A stretch of 64,000 nucleotides of DNA from an uncultured Fibrobacteraceae bacterium (GCA_964524645.1 CAZGEC010000002.1:5005-69004); one strand, 5' to 3'. Counted from the first letter of the stretch, positions 9,740-19,208 are shown. Numbers and translations are program-made. Notes: generated by a model from the sequence alone, not told the origin.

Positions 9740-10474
9740 CTAGTGCGTCTTATTTACATGGCTATCCGCGGATTGTCCAGAGATCTCCCCGGGGGCCGGG
9801 CGGGCGCCGCCCGCCGGCCGCACCGACAGGCTCCGGCAGCTCAGGCCGAGCGCTGCGAGACCCTCCGACACGTCCGCGGGGGTCAGCCGGGGCAGCTCCT
9901 CCGCCGAGGCCTCGGGAACGAGGCCCCGCTCGCGGGCCAGATCGCCGAGGTGCTTCTCCAGACGGGCGCGGATCAGGGCGTCCACCACCCGGAAGGTCAG
10001 CTCCTCGCCCTCGCGCTCGGCATGGCGCAGGAAGGCGTTGTAGAAGGCCTCGGGGCCCGTGATCTGACAGACGCACTCGCCGGCCAGGCGCAGCTCGCTC
10101 GGCTCGCCGTCCGCTTCCGGCACCCAGATGGCGGCCTGGCCCTTCCAGGCGAAGGCCAGCGGGCGGACGAGCGAGAGGAACAGAATCTCGCTCTCGGGGG
10201 GCAGCTCGCCGTCACGGCGGCCGACGCGCAGGGTGTGGGATCCCTCCAGGAAGACCGCGCGCACCTCTCCGGCCTGGACGTGCAGCGCCACCTGCCCCGC
10301 ATTCAGCACGAGCTGCAGGACCTTGCCCATCAGGAAGCCCAGATCCAGCGGGCCCTGCACGACGTCGCCCGACTCGTCCACGGACCAGGTGATCACGTCC
10401 TGGCTGGACGGCTGGTACTCCAGCGTCCGCTGCAGGTGCAGGATGTTCTCGGGGATCGGCCTGTGCTGCGTCAT
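9740..10474 (-). CDS. hypothetical protein
   Basis: ORF is co-directional with its neighbours. No confident family assignment. Confidence 0.4.
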   Translation of the reverse strand: MTQHRPIPENILHLQRTLEYQPSSQDVITWSVDESGDVVQGPLDLGFLMGKVLQLVLNAGQVALHVQAGEVRAVFLEGSHTLRVGRRDGELPPESEILFLSLVRPLAFAWKGQAAIWVPEADGEPSELRLAGECVCQITGPEAFYNAFLRHAEREGEELTFRVVDALIRARLEKHLGDLARERGLVPEASAEELPRLTPADVSEGLAALGLSCRSLSVRPAGGARPAPGEISGQSADSHVNKTH

Positions 10475-10480
10475 GACGTG

Positions 10481-11011
10481 TCACCCCCGGGGGGCCCACC
10501 GGAACTCGGACTCCCAGCCCAGGCCCAGCAGGTAGTTGCGCTCCTCGGTGACCTCGTTGAGGGCCGCCAGGTCGCGGGACAGGAGGCAGGCGTCGCGCTT
10601 GAACCAGCCGGAGGAGGGCACGCCGCCCTTCAGCCGCTGGATCAGGTTCATCGCCTCCTCCACGAGCAGGATCAGTCGCGTGTCGATCTCTTCCAGCTCG
10701 GCGATGGTGTCCTCGCAGTCGCCGATCAGGCAGATGACGCCTTCCCGGTTCAGGCGCCGAAAGATGGAGGTGATGCTGTCCACCAGCATACCGATGGTGT
10801 GGCGCTGCTCCGAGGACAGGAGCTGGCTCTTGTTCTCGAGAACGGTCAGGAGATGATCGCCGCACTCCTTGAGCATGTTTCCGAGGGCCTGGCGGAAGAT
10901 CCGCTCGGCCACCTCCGCGTCCTCGCAGGTCCGGTAGGTCTCGTAGCTGGGCATCTGCCGCATCAAGGAGGTCATCTCGGCGCAACTGATGCTCGCGGCC
11001 CGGGTCATGGT
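10481..11011 (-). CDS. hypothetical protein (Cys-containing, helical)
   Basis: Start trimmed to the internal Met (MTRAASISCAEM...). It lies 6 bp upstream of the previous gene on the same strand. Confidence 0.35.
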   Translation of the reverse strand, partial: TMTRAASISCAEMTSLMRQMPSYETYRTCEDAEVAERIFRQALGNMLKECGDHLLTVLENKSQLLSSEQRHTIGMLVDSITSIFRRLNREGVICLIGDCEDTIAELEEIDTRLILLVEEAMNLIQRLKGGVPSSGWFKRDACLLSRDLAALNEVTEERNYLLGLGWESEFRWAPRG

Positions 11012-11299
11012 TGCCACTCCAGGGTTGCGGGTCCAGGGGAGCGCGGGTCCGCATGCCTTGCGAAGCGCACGCGCGGGATCCGTCGCCCCGGGGAATCGCA
11101 AGGAACGTTCCACCGCGAGGAGGACCGAACGGGCATTGCGGGAAGGCACGCGCTCGATGCTGCAAGCGCCATTCCCATGGCCTGTTGGCGCGACGTGGGG
11201 GCGCGGGTGCGGCCGGCCGGCGCCCCGTCCGGCGCGCGGCCGGACGCGCGCGGGAGGCGTCCCGCGCGGCCTCCGGGGTGCAAAATGCAGGGTCCCCGC

Positions 11300-12187
11300 T
11301 CAGCCGGCGATCACGGGATTGGCCAGCCGGCCGATTCCCTCGATCTCGACCTCCACGATGTCTCCGGGCCTCAGGAACACCGGGGGATCGCGGAAGACCC
11401 CCACGCCGCCGGGCGTTCCGGTGGAGATGATGTCGCCGGCCAGCAGGGTCATGTGCCGGCTGGCATGGCTGATCAGCACGTCCACGGGAAAGATGAGCTG
11501 ATCGGTCCGACTGCTCTGCATCAGGACGCCGTTCCAGCGGGCGGTGATGGCCAGGCCCGCCGCGAGATCGGGCAGCTCCTCGGGCGTGACGATCCAGGGG
11601 CCGCAGGGTCCCCCGGTGTCGATGCTCTTGCCCCGGAACCACTGCCGGTCGCTGAACTGCGCGGCCCGATCGGAGACGTCGTTGAAGCAGGTGTAGCCCG
11701 CCACGTGCTCGCGCGCCCGCTCGACCGGGATGGCGCGGCCGGCGCGCCCGATGACCACGGCCAGCTCCGCCTCGGCGTCGACCTGGTCCAGGTCGGCGTC
11801 CAGGATGATGGGGCCGTACGGGCCCTGCAGGCAGGAGGGCGCCTTGCCGAAGAGGAGGGGCGCCTGCGGCCACGGCTTGTGCTGCTCCTGCGCGTGGTCC
11901 CGGTAGTTGAGCCCGACGGCGATGATCTTCGAAGGTTCGGGCAGCGGGGGCAGCAGCAGGGCAGAGGCGAGGGGGAACAACGGGGTTTCCGGAGTGGTTC
12001 CAGCGCCGGCGACCGCCGCGTCCGCGTGGACCTCCGCAAGCTCCCGCACGCGATCCATCCGGCCGAACAGCTCGTTCCAGCGGCGCGGCAGGTCGGGATC
12101 GGCGGCCAGCAGGTCCAGGCCGACCTGCGGGTCGAGGGCCAGCCCCGGACGGGGCCCCGTCCCGTGACGGAAGGTCAGGAGCTTCAT
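11300..12187 (-). CDS. fumarylacetoacetate hydrolase (FAH) family protein
   Basis: Contains KIIAVGLNYRDHA, AGYTCFNDVSDR, GKSIDTGGPCGPWIVT and GTPGGVG. Confidence 0.85.
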   Translation of the reverse strand: MKLLTFRHGTGPRPGLALDPQVGLDLLAADPDLPRRWNELFGRMDRVRELAEVHADAAVAGAGTTPETPLFPLASALLLPPLPEPSKIIAVGLNYRDHAQEQHKPWPQAPLLFGKAPSCLQGPYGPIILDADLDQVDAEAELAVVIGRAGRAIPVERAREHVAGYTCFNDVSDRAAQFSDRQWFRGKSIDTGGPCGPWIVTPEELPDLAAGLAITARWNGVLMQSSRTDQLIFPVDVLISHASRHMTLLAGDIISTGTPGGVGVFRDPPVFLRPGDIVEVEIEGIGRLANPVIAG

Positions 12188-12216
12188 GCCCCCAAGATAG
12201 GCGCCGGCCGGGAATT

Positions 12217-12247
12217 GGAAAGGCCGGGAGTGAACCCGGCCTTTTCC
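12217..12247 (-). terminator. GC-rich hairpin between hsp20 and the FAH gene (GGAAAGGCCGGG-agtgaa-CCCGGCCTTTTCC)
   Basis: An 11-12 bp inverted repeat was read directly. It has no clear U-tract. Confidence 0.35.
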
Positions 12248-12271
12248 CGAACCTCGCCGTGCGGATCCGGC

Positions 12272-12688
12272 TCACCGGACCTCGATGCGGCGCGGCATCA
12301 TCTGCTCCGCCTTGGGCAGGGTGATCGTCAGCACTCCGTCCTCCAAGCGGGCGCTGATCTTGTCGAAGTCGATGGTCTCGTCCAGGCTGAAGGCGCGCCG
12401 GAAAGCAACCTTGCTCGCCAGCTCCTTGCGGCGGGAGCTGTAGCCCTCGGGCGAGGGCAGCTCGCGTTCGGCCGCGACGGTCAGGATCTGGTTCTCGATC
12501 TCGATGTTCAGGTCCTTCTGCGCAACGCCCGGCAGGTCGAGGCGGATCAGGTAGTCCTTCTCGCCCTCGAGGATGTCGGCCGCCGGGAGGCGGTGGGCAC
12601 CGCCGTTCTGCGGAGCGCAGGCGCCGGTCGCTAGGAAACCGTCCAGCATCTGGTCGAGGTAGTTGAAGGGAAGCAGCGCGTTCATCAT
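12272..12688 (-). CDS. Hsp20/alpha-crystallin family small heat-shock protein
   Basis: Contains DILEGEKDYLIRLDLPGVAQKDLNIEIENQILTV and GVLTITLPK. AGGAGG lies 7 nt upstream of the ATG. Confidence 0.9.
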   Translation of the reverse strand: MMNALLPFNYLDQMLDGFLATGACAPQNGGAHRLPAADILEGEKDYLIRLDLPGVAQKDLNIEIENQILTVAAERELPSPEGYSSRRKELASKVAFRRAFSLDETIDFDKISARLEDGVLTITLPKAEQMMPRRIEVR

Positions 12689-12742
12689 TGTGAGTCCTCC
12701 TGCTCTATGCTACAACTCTTGCGGTGGCATCCAGGGTTTACC

Positions 12743-12775
12743 CCTTGAACTTGCTCGCTCCTCCCCTTACAACCG
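12743..12775 (+). promoter_or_regulatory. sigma-32-like promoter motif CCCTTGAA-N13-CCCCTTAC, plus strand
   Basis: Matches E. coli RpoH consensus CTTGAA-N13-15-CCCCATnT. It points toward the Omp85-like gene at 12958, not toward hsp20. Confidence 0.25.
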
Positions 12776-12957
12776 GCGTGCCGGGCTGGGACCACGGTGA
12801 GAAAGCCATTCAAGTTGTTTATCACCAATGAATTGCCCTTGCCAACCCCGGCGAGGATTGCCGTGGAGAGCCGGAAAGAGGTCCTGAGCTGACAGGCCGA
12901 ATCTGTCATAATGTCATCATAGCTGTAGCTGCTGTCAGCATCGGACTGACAGGCCCG

Positions 12958-14631
12958 GTGCTCGCCGGTGGGCTCGCCGCCGAACCGCTGACGAATCCCC
13001 CGCCGGCCCCGCTGCGAATCGGCCACGTCCGCTTTAGCATCCGGGACATCTACACGCCTGCGGAGATCGCCCAGGCGCACGGCCTGCTCCGCTTCGTGCG
13101 CCGGAGCATGAACGCGGTCCACACCAGCACCCGCCACTACGTCCTGCGCCAGGAGCTGCTCTTTCAGCCCGGCGATCCCTTCGATCCGGCGCTGCTCGCC
13201 GAGACGGAGCGCAACATGCGGGAGCTGGGCTTCCTGCACAACGTGCGCATCGTGCCCGTGGACACTTTGGCCGACGGCCGGATCGACCTGGAGGTGCGGG
13301 CCCAGGAGGTCTGGTCCCTCCAGACGCAGTTCGCACTCTCCCGGGCCTCGGAGGGGTCGCTACGCTGGAGCGTCTTTCTGTCGGACGACAATTTCCTGGG
13401 GTACGGCCTGCAGGCCGGCGTCGGGCTGGGCGAGACCGAGGACTACAGCTACCACCAGCTGAGCTTCCAGCAGCGCCGCTTTCTGGGCAGCCGCTGGCGG
13501 CTTCGCTGCGACGGCGCGGATCTGGGTGACGGCTTCTCGGAGTCGATCAGCCTGGCCCGGCCCTTCTACGCCCAGGACGATCCCTTCCAGCTGAAATGCG
13601 AGGCCTGGCGCGGGAACGTCGAGAAGCGTTTCTACCTGAGCAACGCCGGGCCGGCGGGCCGCAATCCCGCGCAGGCGGCCAGCCTGCACGCGCTGCTCGA
13701 GACCGCAGAGGACGGCGCCCAGCTGAGCACGCTGCTGAGGATCAGCCCGCCGGGCCGCGGCCGCATCTGGCGGGTGGGCGCGGGCCTGGAGGTCCACGAT
13801 CTGGAGTTTCACTTCGACGGTCCGGACCTGGAGCTGTCGGACGATCGGCACGTTCCTTACGACGTCCTGACCGCGCCCGGCAGCCCGCTGCTGCGGGAGG
13901 AAGGGCTGGCGATGTTTCCCTACCTGCAGCTCGAGACCCTGGGACGGCAGTGGACCACGACCCGGTACCTCCTGCAGTACGGATCGGTGGAGGACGTCCT
14001 CCTGGATCCGGCGCTGACCCTCAAGATCGGACCGACCTTCTTCCCGGAGGACTCGCACACCCGGCCGCGGTTGGGTCTGGAATACGAGGCGGCGGACTGG
14101 AGCCGCGCCGGTCCGGGCTTCCTCCTGCTGCAGGCCGGCGGCTCCGCGGCTCTCGACGGCCGGAGCGGCGAGGGCACCGCGGCCCTCTGGCATGTCGTCG
14201 GCTGGGTGGGGCGGTACGGCGCCGAGGCGCATCCACGGCAGACCCGCCTCTTCGCCGAGGTGGACTGGGGGCAGCGGCTGCTGGGAACGGATGCCTTCGT
14301 CCTCGGCCTGAACCGGGGCCTGCGGACCCTGGCCTTCGACGGCATGGCCGGAGACCGGCTGGTGCGCTGGAACGCGGAACAGGGCTGGGTGCTGCCGCTC
14401 GACGTGCTGGGCTTCTATCGCGCGGGTCTGGCCGCCTTCTACGCGGGAGGAATGGCCTGGTGGCACGACGAGAAGCGGGGGCCGGAGGACGTCCGCCACG
14501 AGGTGGGCATCGGCCTGCGCTTCGGCTCCACCCGCTCGGCGCGCATGGACATGGCCCGCCTGGACCTGACCTGGGCCCCGGGAGAGGATGGCGGCCCCGT
14601 GCTTACGGCCGTGACCCGCGGACTCTTCTGA
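12958..14631 (+). CDS. Omp85/BamA-TamA family outer-membrane protein; start is probably upstream and non-canonical
   Basis: POTRA-like N-region and C-terminal ...VTRGLF. The in-frame upstream sequence RICHNVIIAVAAVSIGLTGPVLAGGLAAEP is signal-peptide-like but contains no ATG/GTG/TTG. Confidence 0.5.
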   Translation: MLAGGLAAEPLTNPPPAPLRIGHVRFSIRDIYTPAEIAQAHGLLRFVRRSMNAVHTSTRHYVLRQELLFQPGDPFDPALLAETERNMRELGFLHNVRIVPVDTLADGRIDLEVRAQEVWSLQTQFALSRASEGSLRWSVFLSDDNFLGYGLQAGVGLGETEDYSYHQLSFQQRRFLGSRWRLRCDGADLGDGFSESISLARPFYAQDDPFQLKCEAWRGNVEKRFYLSNAGPAGRNPAQAASLHALLETAEDGAQLSTLLRISPPGRGRIWRVGAGLEVHDLEFHFDGPDLELSDDRHVPYDVLTAPGSPLLREEGLAMFPYLQLETLGRQWTTTRYLLQYGSVEDVLLDPALTLKIGPTFFPEDSHTRPRLGLEYEAADWSRAGPGFLLLQAGGSAALDGRSGEGTAALWHVVGWVGRYGAEAHPRQTRLFAEVDWGQRLLGTDAFVLGLNRGLRTLAFDGMAGDRLVRWNAEQGWVLPLDVLGFYRAGLAAFYAGGMAWWHDEKRGPEDVRHEVGIGLRFGSTRSARMDMARLDLTWAPGEDGGPVLTAVTRGLF

Positions 14632-14683
14632 GCTAGCATCCCCAGCGGCAGAAGCGGACCAGAGCCCTTCGCCAGGAGCCGCC

Positions 14684-16198
14684 GTGGGCAGCACTCGTAT
14701 CATCGCCAAGAACACGCTCCTGCTCTCGCTGGGCCTGCTGGTGGGGCGCGTCCTGGCCTTCCTGGTCCTCAAGAAGATGACGCCGATCCTCGGACCGGAC
14801 GGCCTGGGGATCTGGGGCGTCGCCACCGACCTGACCACCATCCTGCTGGTCGTCGCCAACTACGGTCTCGGGACGCTGATCACGCGCGAGGTGGCGCGCT
14901 CCCGCGGCATGACCCTGCCCATTCTCTGGTCCGCCCTGCGCGTGCGCTGGGCGATGGGCGCGCTTTGCTACCTCTTCCTGATCGGCTACGTGGACGCCAT
15001 GGGCTTCGGAGCCCTGGCGCGCGCCGCCGTGCTGCTCACGGGGGTCGGTGTCTTCCTGGAGGCCACCTCCATGGCCTGCGACGCCGTCCTGCAGGCGCAC
15101 GACCGCGTGGAATACCAGACCTACGGGCAGCTCATCTCGGCGGCGATCTACTTCGGGTTGGCCGTCTGGCTGCTCGCCGCCGGTCAGGGCCTCATGGGCG
15201 TGATCTGGGCCAACGTGATCAGCCGTCTGGCACGCCTGGTGGTCATGGTGCCGCTGATGCTGCTGCGCTCGGGCCCGTGGCGCTGGCGGGACGAGAACGG
15301 CACCGACGGTCGCGCGCTCTTCGGCTGGCGCTGGATGCTGAGACTCGGGCTGCCGCTCTTCCTGTCGACCACCTTCGGCATCCTCTACTACAAGGTCGAC
15401 ACCGTCATGCTCATGGGTTTCGTCGGCGAGGCGGCGACGGGCATCTACGTGCTGGGGCACCGCGCCCTGGACGTGCTGCTGATGGCGCCCAACATCTTCG
15501 CCACCGCCCTCTTCCCCGCCCTGGCGCGCTACGGGGCGGTCTCCCAGGAGGACGCCGCCCGCATGGGCGAACGTGCCCTGCGCTACATGGTGGCGACCAC
15601 GCTGCCCCTGACCCTGTTCTTCATGCTGGCGGCCGGGCCGATCATCCAGTGGCTCGACCGGGCGCACGAGTTCCCCGACTCGATCCCGGTCTTGCAGGTG
15701 GTCATCTGGGGTCTGCCCTTCCAGGCGATCAACACCATCCTCAACCGCCTGCTGATCACCGTCGGCCGGGAGAGGGTCTTCGTGCGCATCGCTCTGGCCT
15801 GCATGCTCGTGAACGTGGGCCTGAACCTGCTGCTGATCCCGCGCTACGTCTACTACGGTGCCGCGGCGGCCACCATCGTCAGCCTGGGGACCAGCACCGT
15901 CCTCCACTGGTACTTCCTCCGGCGCACGGCCTTGCAGGTGCCGCTGCGGCGCTCGGTGGCCGGCGCCACGCTGGCGCTCCTGCTGGCCTGGGCGGTGGCC
16001 GGCGCCCTGGCGAGGCTGGTCTTTCCGGGCTGGGGAACGGACTGGCGCGTGCTGCCCCTGCACGCCGGCTGGGGGCCGTTCGCCGCCATGGCGGCCGTCT
16101 CGCTGCTGCTCTATGCCGGAGCCGTGCTCTCCCTGCGCGTGCTGCGAGCCGACGATCTGCGCCTGCTCGTTTCCCTGTTCCACCGCGAGGATACCTAG
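14684..16198 (+). CDS. oligosaccharide flippase (Wzx/MOP family) polysaccharide biosynthesis protein
   Basis: 12-14 TM protein. Its N-terminus, IIAKNTLLLSLGLLVGRVLAF, is typical of the Wzx/RfbX family. Confidence 0.7.
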   Translation: MGSTRIIAKNTLLLSLGLLVGRVLAFLVLKKMTPILGPDGLGIWGVATDLTTILLVVANYGLGTLITREVARSRGMTLPILWSALRVRWAMGALCYLFLIGYVDAMGFGALARAAVLLTGVGVFLEATSMACDAVLQAHDRVEYQTYGQLISAAIYFGLAVWLLAAGQGLMGVIWANVISRLARLVVMVPLMLLRSGPWRWRDENGTDGRALFGWRWMLRLGLPLFLSTTFGILYYKVDTVMLMGFVGEAATGIYVLGHRALDVLLMAPNIFATALFPALARYGAVSQEDAARMGERALRYMVATTLPLTLFFMLAAGPIIQWLDRAHEFPDSIPVLQVVIWGLPFQAINTILNRLLITVGRERVFVRIALACMLVNVGLNLLLIPRYVYYGAAAATIVSLGTSTVLHWYFLRRTALQVPLRRSVAGATLALLLAWAVAGALARLVFPGWGTDWRVLPLHAGWGPFAAMAAVSLLLYAGAVLSLRVLRADDLRLLVSLFHREDT

Positions 16199-16254
16199 CC
16201 CGATCGGGTTCGTGCTGCGGCTTGCGGATTCGATTCGGGCCGGCCGACCGGGCG

Positions 16255-16283
16255 TTGACTTGGCCGTATGCCTGCTGAATAAT
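16255..16283 (+). promoter_or_regulatory. sigma-70-like promoter TTGACT-N17-AATAAT upstream of agcS
   Basis: Read directly. It lies ~70 nt upstream of the ATG. Confidence 0.35.
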
Positions 16284-16354
16284 CACGCGTCCTTGACGGT
16301 CAACCGGCGGCCGCGCCAGCGCGCGGCTCTGCATCTTCATCTCGAGGAGCCGCG

Positions 16355-17803
16355 ATGCGCGAGTGGATCCACGACGCGGGCACCTTCCTGAGCCACATCG
16401 CCGACAGCTACGTGTGGGGCTGGGGTCCGTCCTTCCTGGGCGGGGTGCCGCTGATGGTCATCCTGCTGCTGGGCACGGGCATCGTGCTGACCTGCTGCAC
16501 GTTCGGGGTACAGGTGCGCTGGCTGGGTCGGGCCATCCGGCTCACCCTGACCGGCGCCGGCGGCAAGCGGATCAAGAGCCAGGTCGAGGGGGACATCACG
16601 CCTTTCCAGGCCCTGATGACCGCCCTCGCCGCGACGGTGGGCAACGGCAACATCGCGGGGGTCGCCACGGCGGTGGCCTCGGGCGGACCGGGCGCGGCCT
16701 TCTGGATGGTGATCACGGCCGTGTTCGGCATGGCCACCAAGTACTCCGAGTGCCTGCTGGGGGTGAAGTACCGCGTCAAGATGCCGGACGGGACCATGAA
16801 CGGCGGTCCCATGGACTACTGCAAGCACGGGATCGGCGGTCCGGTGGGCAAGGGCCTGGCCATGACCTTCGCCGCCTTCGGCACCATCTGCACGCTGGTC
16901 GGCACCGGGAATCCCTTTCAGACCAACTCCATGGCCCTGGCCTTGCGCACGCAGGCGGGCGTGCCCCAGTGGGTGACCGGGGCGATCGTGACCTTGCTGG
17001 TGGGCATGGTGATCATCGGCGGCATCAAGCGCATCGGCAACGTGGCGGGCAAGTTCGTCCCGTTCATGATCTTCTTCTACTTCGGCGGCTGCCTGATCAT
17101 CATCCTGGCCCGGATCACCGCCGTGCCGGGGGCGATTGCGACCATCGTGCGCTCGGCCTGGAGCCCGCAGGCCGTCTTCGGGGGTGCGCTCGGCTTCGGG
17201 ATCCAGCAGGCCATACGGTACGGCGTGGCCCGCGGCATCCTCTCGAACGAAAGCGGCCTCGGCACGGCCGGCATCGCCCAGGCGGCGGGCAAGAGCGACA
17301 GCCCGGCGGAGTCCGGTCTGGTGGGGATGATGGGCACCTTCATCGACACCATCATCGTCTGCAGCCTGACCGCCACGGTCCTGACGGTCACCGGCGTCTA
17401 TCGCTCCGGCCCGGCCTTCGGGGGCACCCTCAACTCCAGCGCCATGACCGCCGAGGCCTTCAACACGGTGATCCCCTTCGGCGGCTACATCGTGGCCGTG
17501 GCGTCCCTGCTGTTCGGGATCTCGACGCTCTTCGGGTGGTGCTACTACGGGGAGCAGTGCGTCCGCTACCTGTTCGGGCTGCGCGTAACGGCGGTCTACC
17601 GCGTGCTCTTCATCGTCATCATGTTCCTGGGCTCCCTTCCCGACGGGGAGAACTTCGACATCACCGCGGTGGTGGCCATCGGGGACATCGGCAACGGAAT
17701 GATGGCGATCCCCAACCTGATCGGGCTGCTGTTCCTGGCCCGGGTGGTCGCGCGCGAGACGCGGGACTACGCGATGGGTCATGGCGGCCCGCCTGGCGGA
17801 TGA
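16355..17803 (+). CDS. agcS: alanine/glycine:cation symporter (AGCS family)
   Basis: Contains TPFQALMTALAATVGNGNIAGVATAV, GGPGAAFWM and YSECLLGVKYR. Confidence 0.85.
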   Translation: MREWIHDAGTFLSHIADSYVWGWGPSFLGGVPLMVILLLGTGIVLTCCTFGVQVRWLGRAIRLTLTGAGGKRIKSQVEGDITPFQALMTALAATVGNGNIAGVATAVASGGPGAAFWMVITAVFGMATKYSECLLGVKYRVKMPDGTMNGGPMDYCKHGIGGPVGKGLAMTFAAFGTICTLVGTGNPFQTNSMALALRTQAGVPQWVTGAIVTLLVGMVIIGGIKRIGNVAGKFVPFMIFFYFGGCLIIILARITAVPGAIATIVRSAWSPQAVFGGALGFGIQQAIRYGVARGILSNESGLGTAGIAQAAGKSDSPAESGLVGMMGTFIDTIIVCSLTATVLTVTGVYRSGPAFGGTLNSSAMTAEAFNTVIPFGGYIVAVASLLFGISTLFGWCYYGEQCVRYLFGLRVTAVYRVLFIVIMFLGSLPDGENFDITAVVAIGDIGNGMMAIPNLIGLLFLARVVARETRDYAMGHGGPPGG

Positions 17804-18654
17804 GACCCGATCCGCCGGTGTTCTCCCTGATTTCTCGGTTCCAGCAAGGTGGTGGCTTCTTGAAGCGTTTGACGGCAAAGACCGCGGACAGGCACTGGCT
17901 CTATGAGCGCTCCGTCCAGAACCCCGATCAGGAGATCCCGTTCATCCGCCGCGTCTTCAAGCGGGAGTACGGTCGCCACCCCAGATTTCTGCGCGAGGAT
18001 TTCTGCGGCACGGCTCTGCTGAGCTGCCGCTGGGTCGCCGCCCACGGCGGCCACACCGCCCTGGGAGTGGACATTCACGGGCCGACCCTGGACTGGGGGC
18101 GCCGGCACAACCTGAAGCCGCTGGGCACCGCGGCGCAACGAGTCACGCTGGTGCAGGACGACGTGCGTCACGTGAGCCGGCCGCGGGCCGACGTCATCTC
18201 CGCGCAGAACTTCTCCTGGTGGACCTTCAAGACGCGCCGGGAGCTGTCCGGCTACCTGCACAACTGCCGGCGCTCGCTGCGGGACGAGGGCATGCTGCTG
18301 CTGGACATCTACGGCGGCCCCGAAGCACAGGTCCCCCAGCTGGAGGAGCGGGAGCAGGACGGCTGGACCTACGTCTGGGATCAGGACACGTTCAATCCCA
18401 TTACGCACGAGATCCGCTGCCTGATCCACTTCAAGTTCCCGGATCGCTCCCAGCTGAAGCGGGCCTTCCGCTACGACTGGCGCCTCTGGACTCTCCCGGA
18501 GACGCGGGATCTGCTGGAGGAGGTGGGATTCCGCAAGGTGGTCGCCTACTGGGAGATCGCGGACGGCGACGGCGAGCCCAGCGGCATCTTCCGTCCCGGA
18601 ACCCGGGGGGATCTGGCCCCGGCCTGGGTGGCCTACCTGCTGGCCTACAGGTGA
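17800..18654 (+). CDS. class I SAM-dependent methyltransferase
   Basis: Lies in the C-terminal part of track ORF 16363..18654, a frame-fusion artefact. ATG 17800 overlaps the agcS stop (ATGA). The SAM-binding region is DFCGTALLS...LGVDI. Confidence 0.65.
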   Translation: MRPDPPVFSLISRFQQGGGFLKRLTAKTADRHWLYERSVQNPDQEIPFIRRVFKREYGRHPRFLREDFCGTALLSCRWVAAHGGHTALGVDIHGPTLDWGRRHNLKPLGTAAQRVTLVQDDVRHVSRPRADVISAQNFSWWTFKTRRELSGYLHNCRRSLRDEGMLLLDIYGGPEAQVPQLEEREQDGWTYVWDQDTFNPITHEIRCLIHFKFPDRSQLKRAFRYDWRLWTLPETRDLLEEVGFRKVVAYWEIADGDGEPSGIFRPGTRGDLAPAWVAYLLAYR

Positions 18655-18807
18655 GGCAACGAGCGGGCCGAATCCCCGCGAAATGGACGGGTATTTTTTG
18701 GCAGTCCCCCCTTGCCAACCGGACTTTTCCGTGTATTGATTCCCCGCATGAGCGGCACGGGGGAGCCTGGGAATCCAACTTGTTTGGTTGTGGGAGGAGG
18801 CTTCAGC

Positions 18808-19077
18808 ATGAGCGGCGGCGAGTGCGCCTGGTGTGGCGAGGAGATCACCGGTGAGGGCGTACGTTCCAAGAAACTGGTCTTCTGTTCCGCTGAATGCCGC
18901 GAGGAGTACGAGGATGACCTCGCCGGTACCTTGAAGTCGGAGGCCGACGATCTGGACGAGGACCTCGATGGCGGGGATCTCGAGGAGTTCGACTTCGATG
19001 ACGAGGACGAGCTGATCGAGGACGAGCTGCTCGAAGACGAGGACAGCTATTCCACGGACGGGGACGACGACTACTGA
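18808..19077 (+). CDS. zinc-ribbon protein with a long poly-acidic C-terminal tail
   Basis: MSGGECAWCGEEI...VFCSAECREEYEDD is followed by DLDEDLDGGDLEEFDFDDEDELIEDELLEDEDSYSTDGDDDY. GGAGG lies 9 nt upstream of ATG 18808. Confidence 0.5.
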   Translation: MSGGECAWCGEEITGEGVRSKKLVFCSAECREEYEDDLAGTLKSEADDLDEDLDGGDLEEFDFDDEDELIEDELLEDEDSYSTDGDDDY

Positions 19078-19137
19078 GCCGAGCCTGCCGGTCCCGGACG
19101 ACCTCTCGGGCCCCGGCGGCGGCCCGCCCCGGATCTG

Positions 19138-19175
19138 AAAAGAAGAGGAGCTCGATGCCGAGCTCCTCTTCTTGC
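19138..19175. terminator. perfect 15-bp hairpin (AAGAAGAGGAGCTCG-atgc-CGAGCTCCTCTTCTT), a bidirectional terminator between convergent genes
   Basis: Read directly. On the minus strand it is followed by a TTTTCAG run. Confidence 0.6.
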
Positions 19176-19208
19176 CTCCCGGACTCGAGCTGCAGAGAAG
19201 GCGGCAGA

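Noticed and set aside
12689-12760. CIRCE/HAIR heat-shock operators upstream of hsp20
   Set aside because: No TTAGCACTC-N9-GAGTGCTAA or CTTGAGT-N7-ACTCAAG inverted repeats are present. The only heat-shock-like element is the plus-strand sigma-32-like motif facing away from hsp20.
12689-12957. Possible tRNA or small RNA gene in the ORF-free region
   Set aside because: There is no T-loop (GTTCRANYC) or cloverleaf-compatible segments. The repeats look protein-binding or coding-related rather than a structured RNA gene.
16363-17799. 763-aa ORF fusing an agcS out-of-frame shadow with the methyltransferase
   Set aside because: The first ~480 codons are an alternative frame of agcS with a Gly/Arg-rich translation. 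Only the part from ATG 17800 has SAM-MTase similarity.
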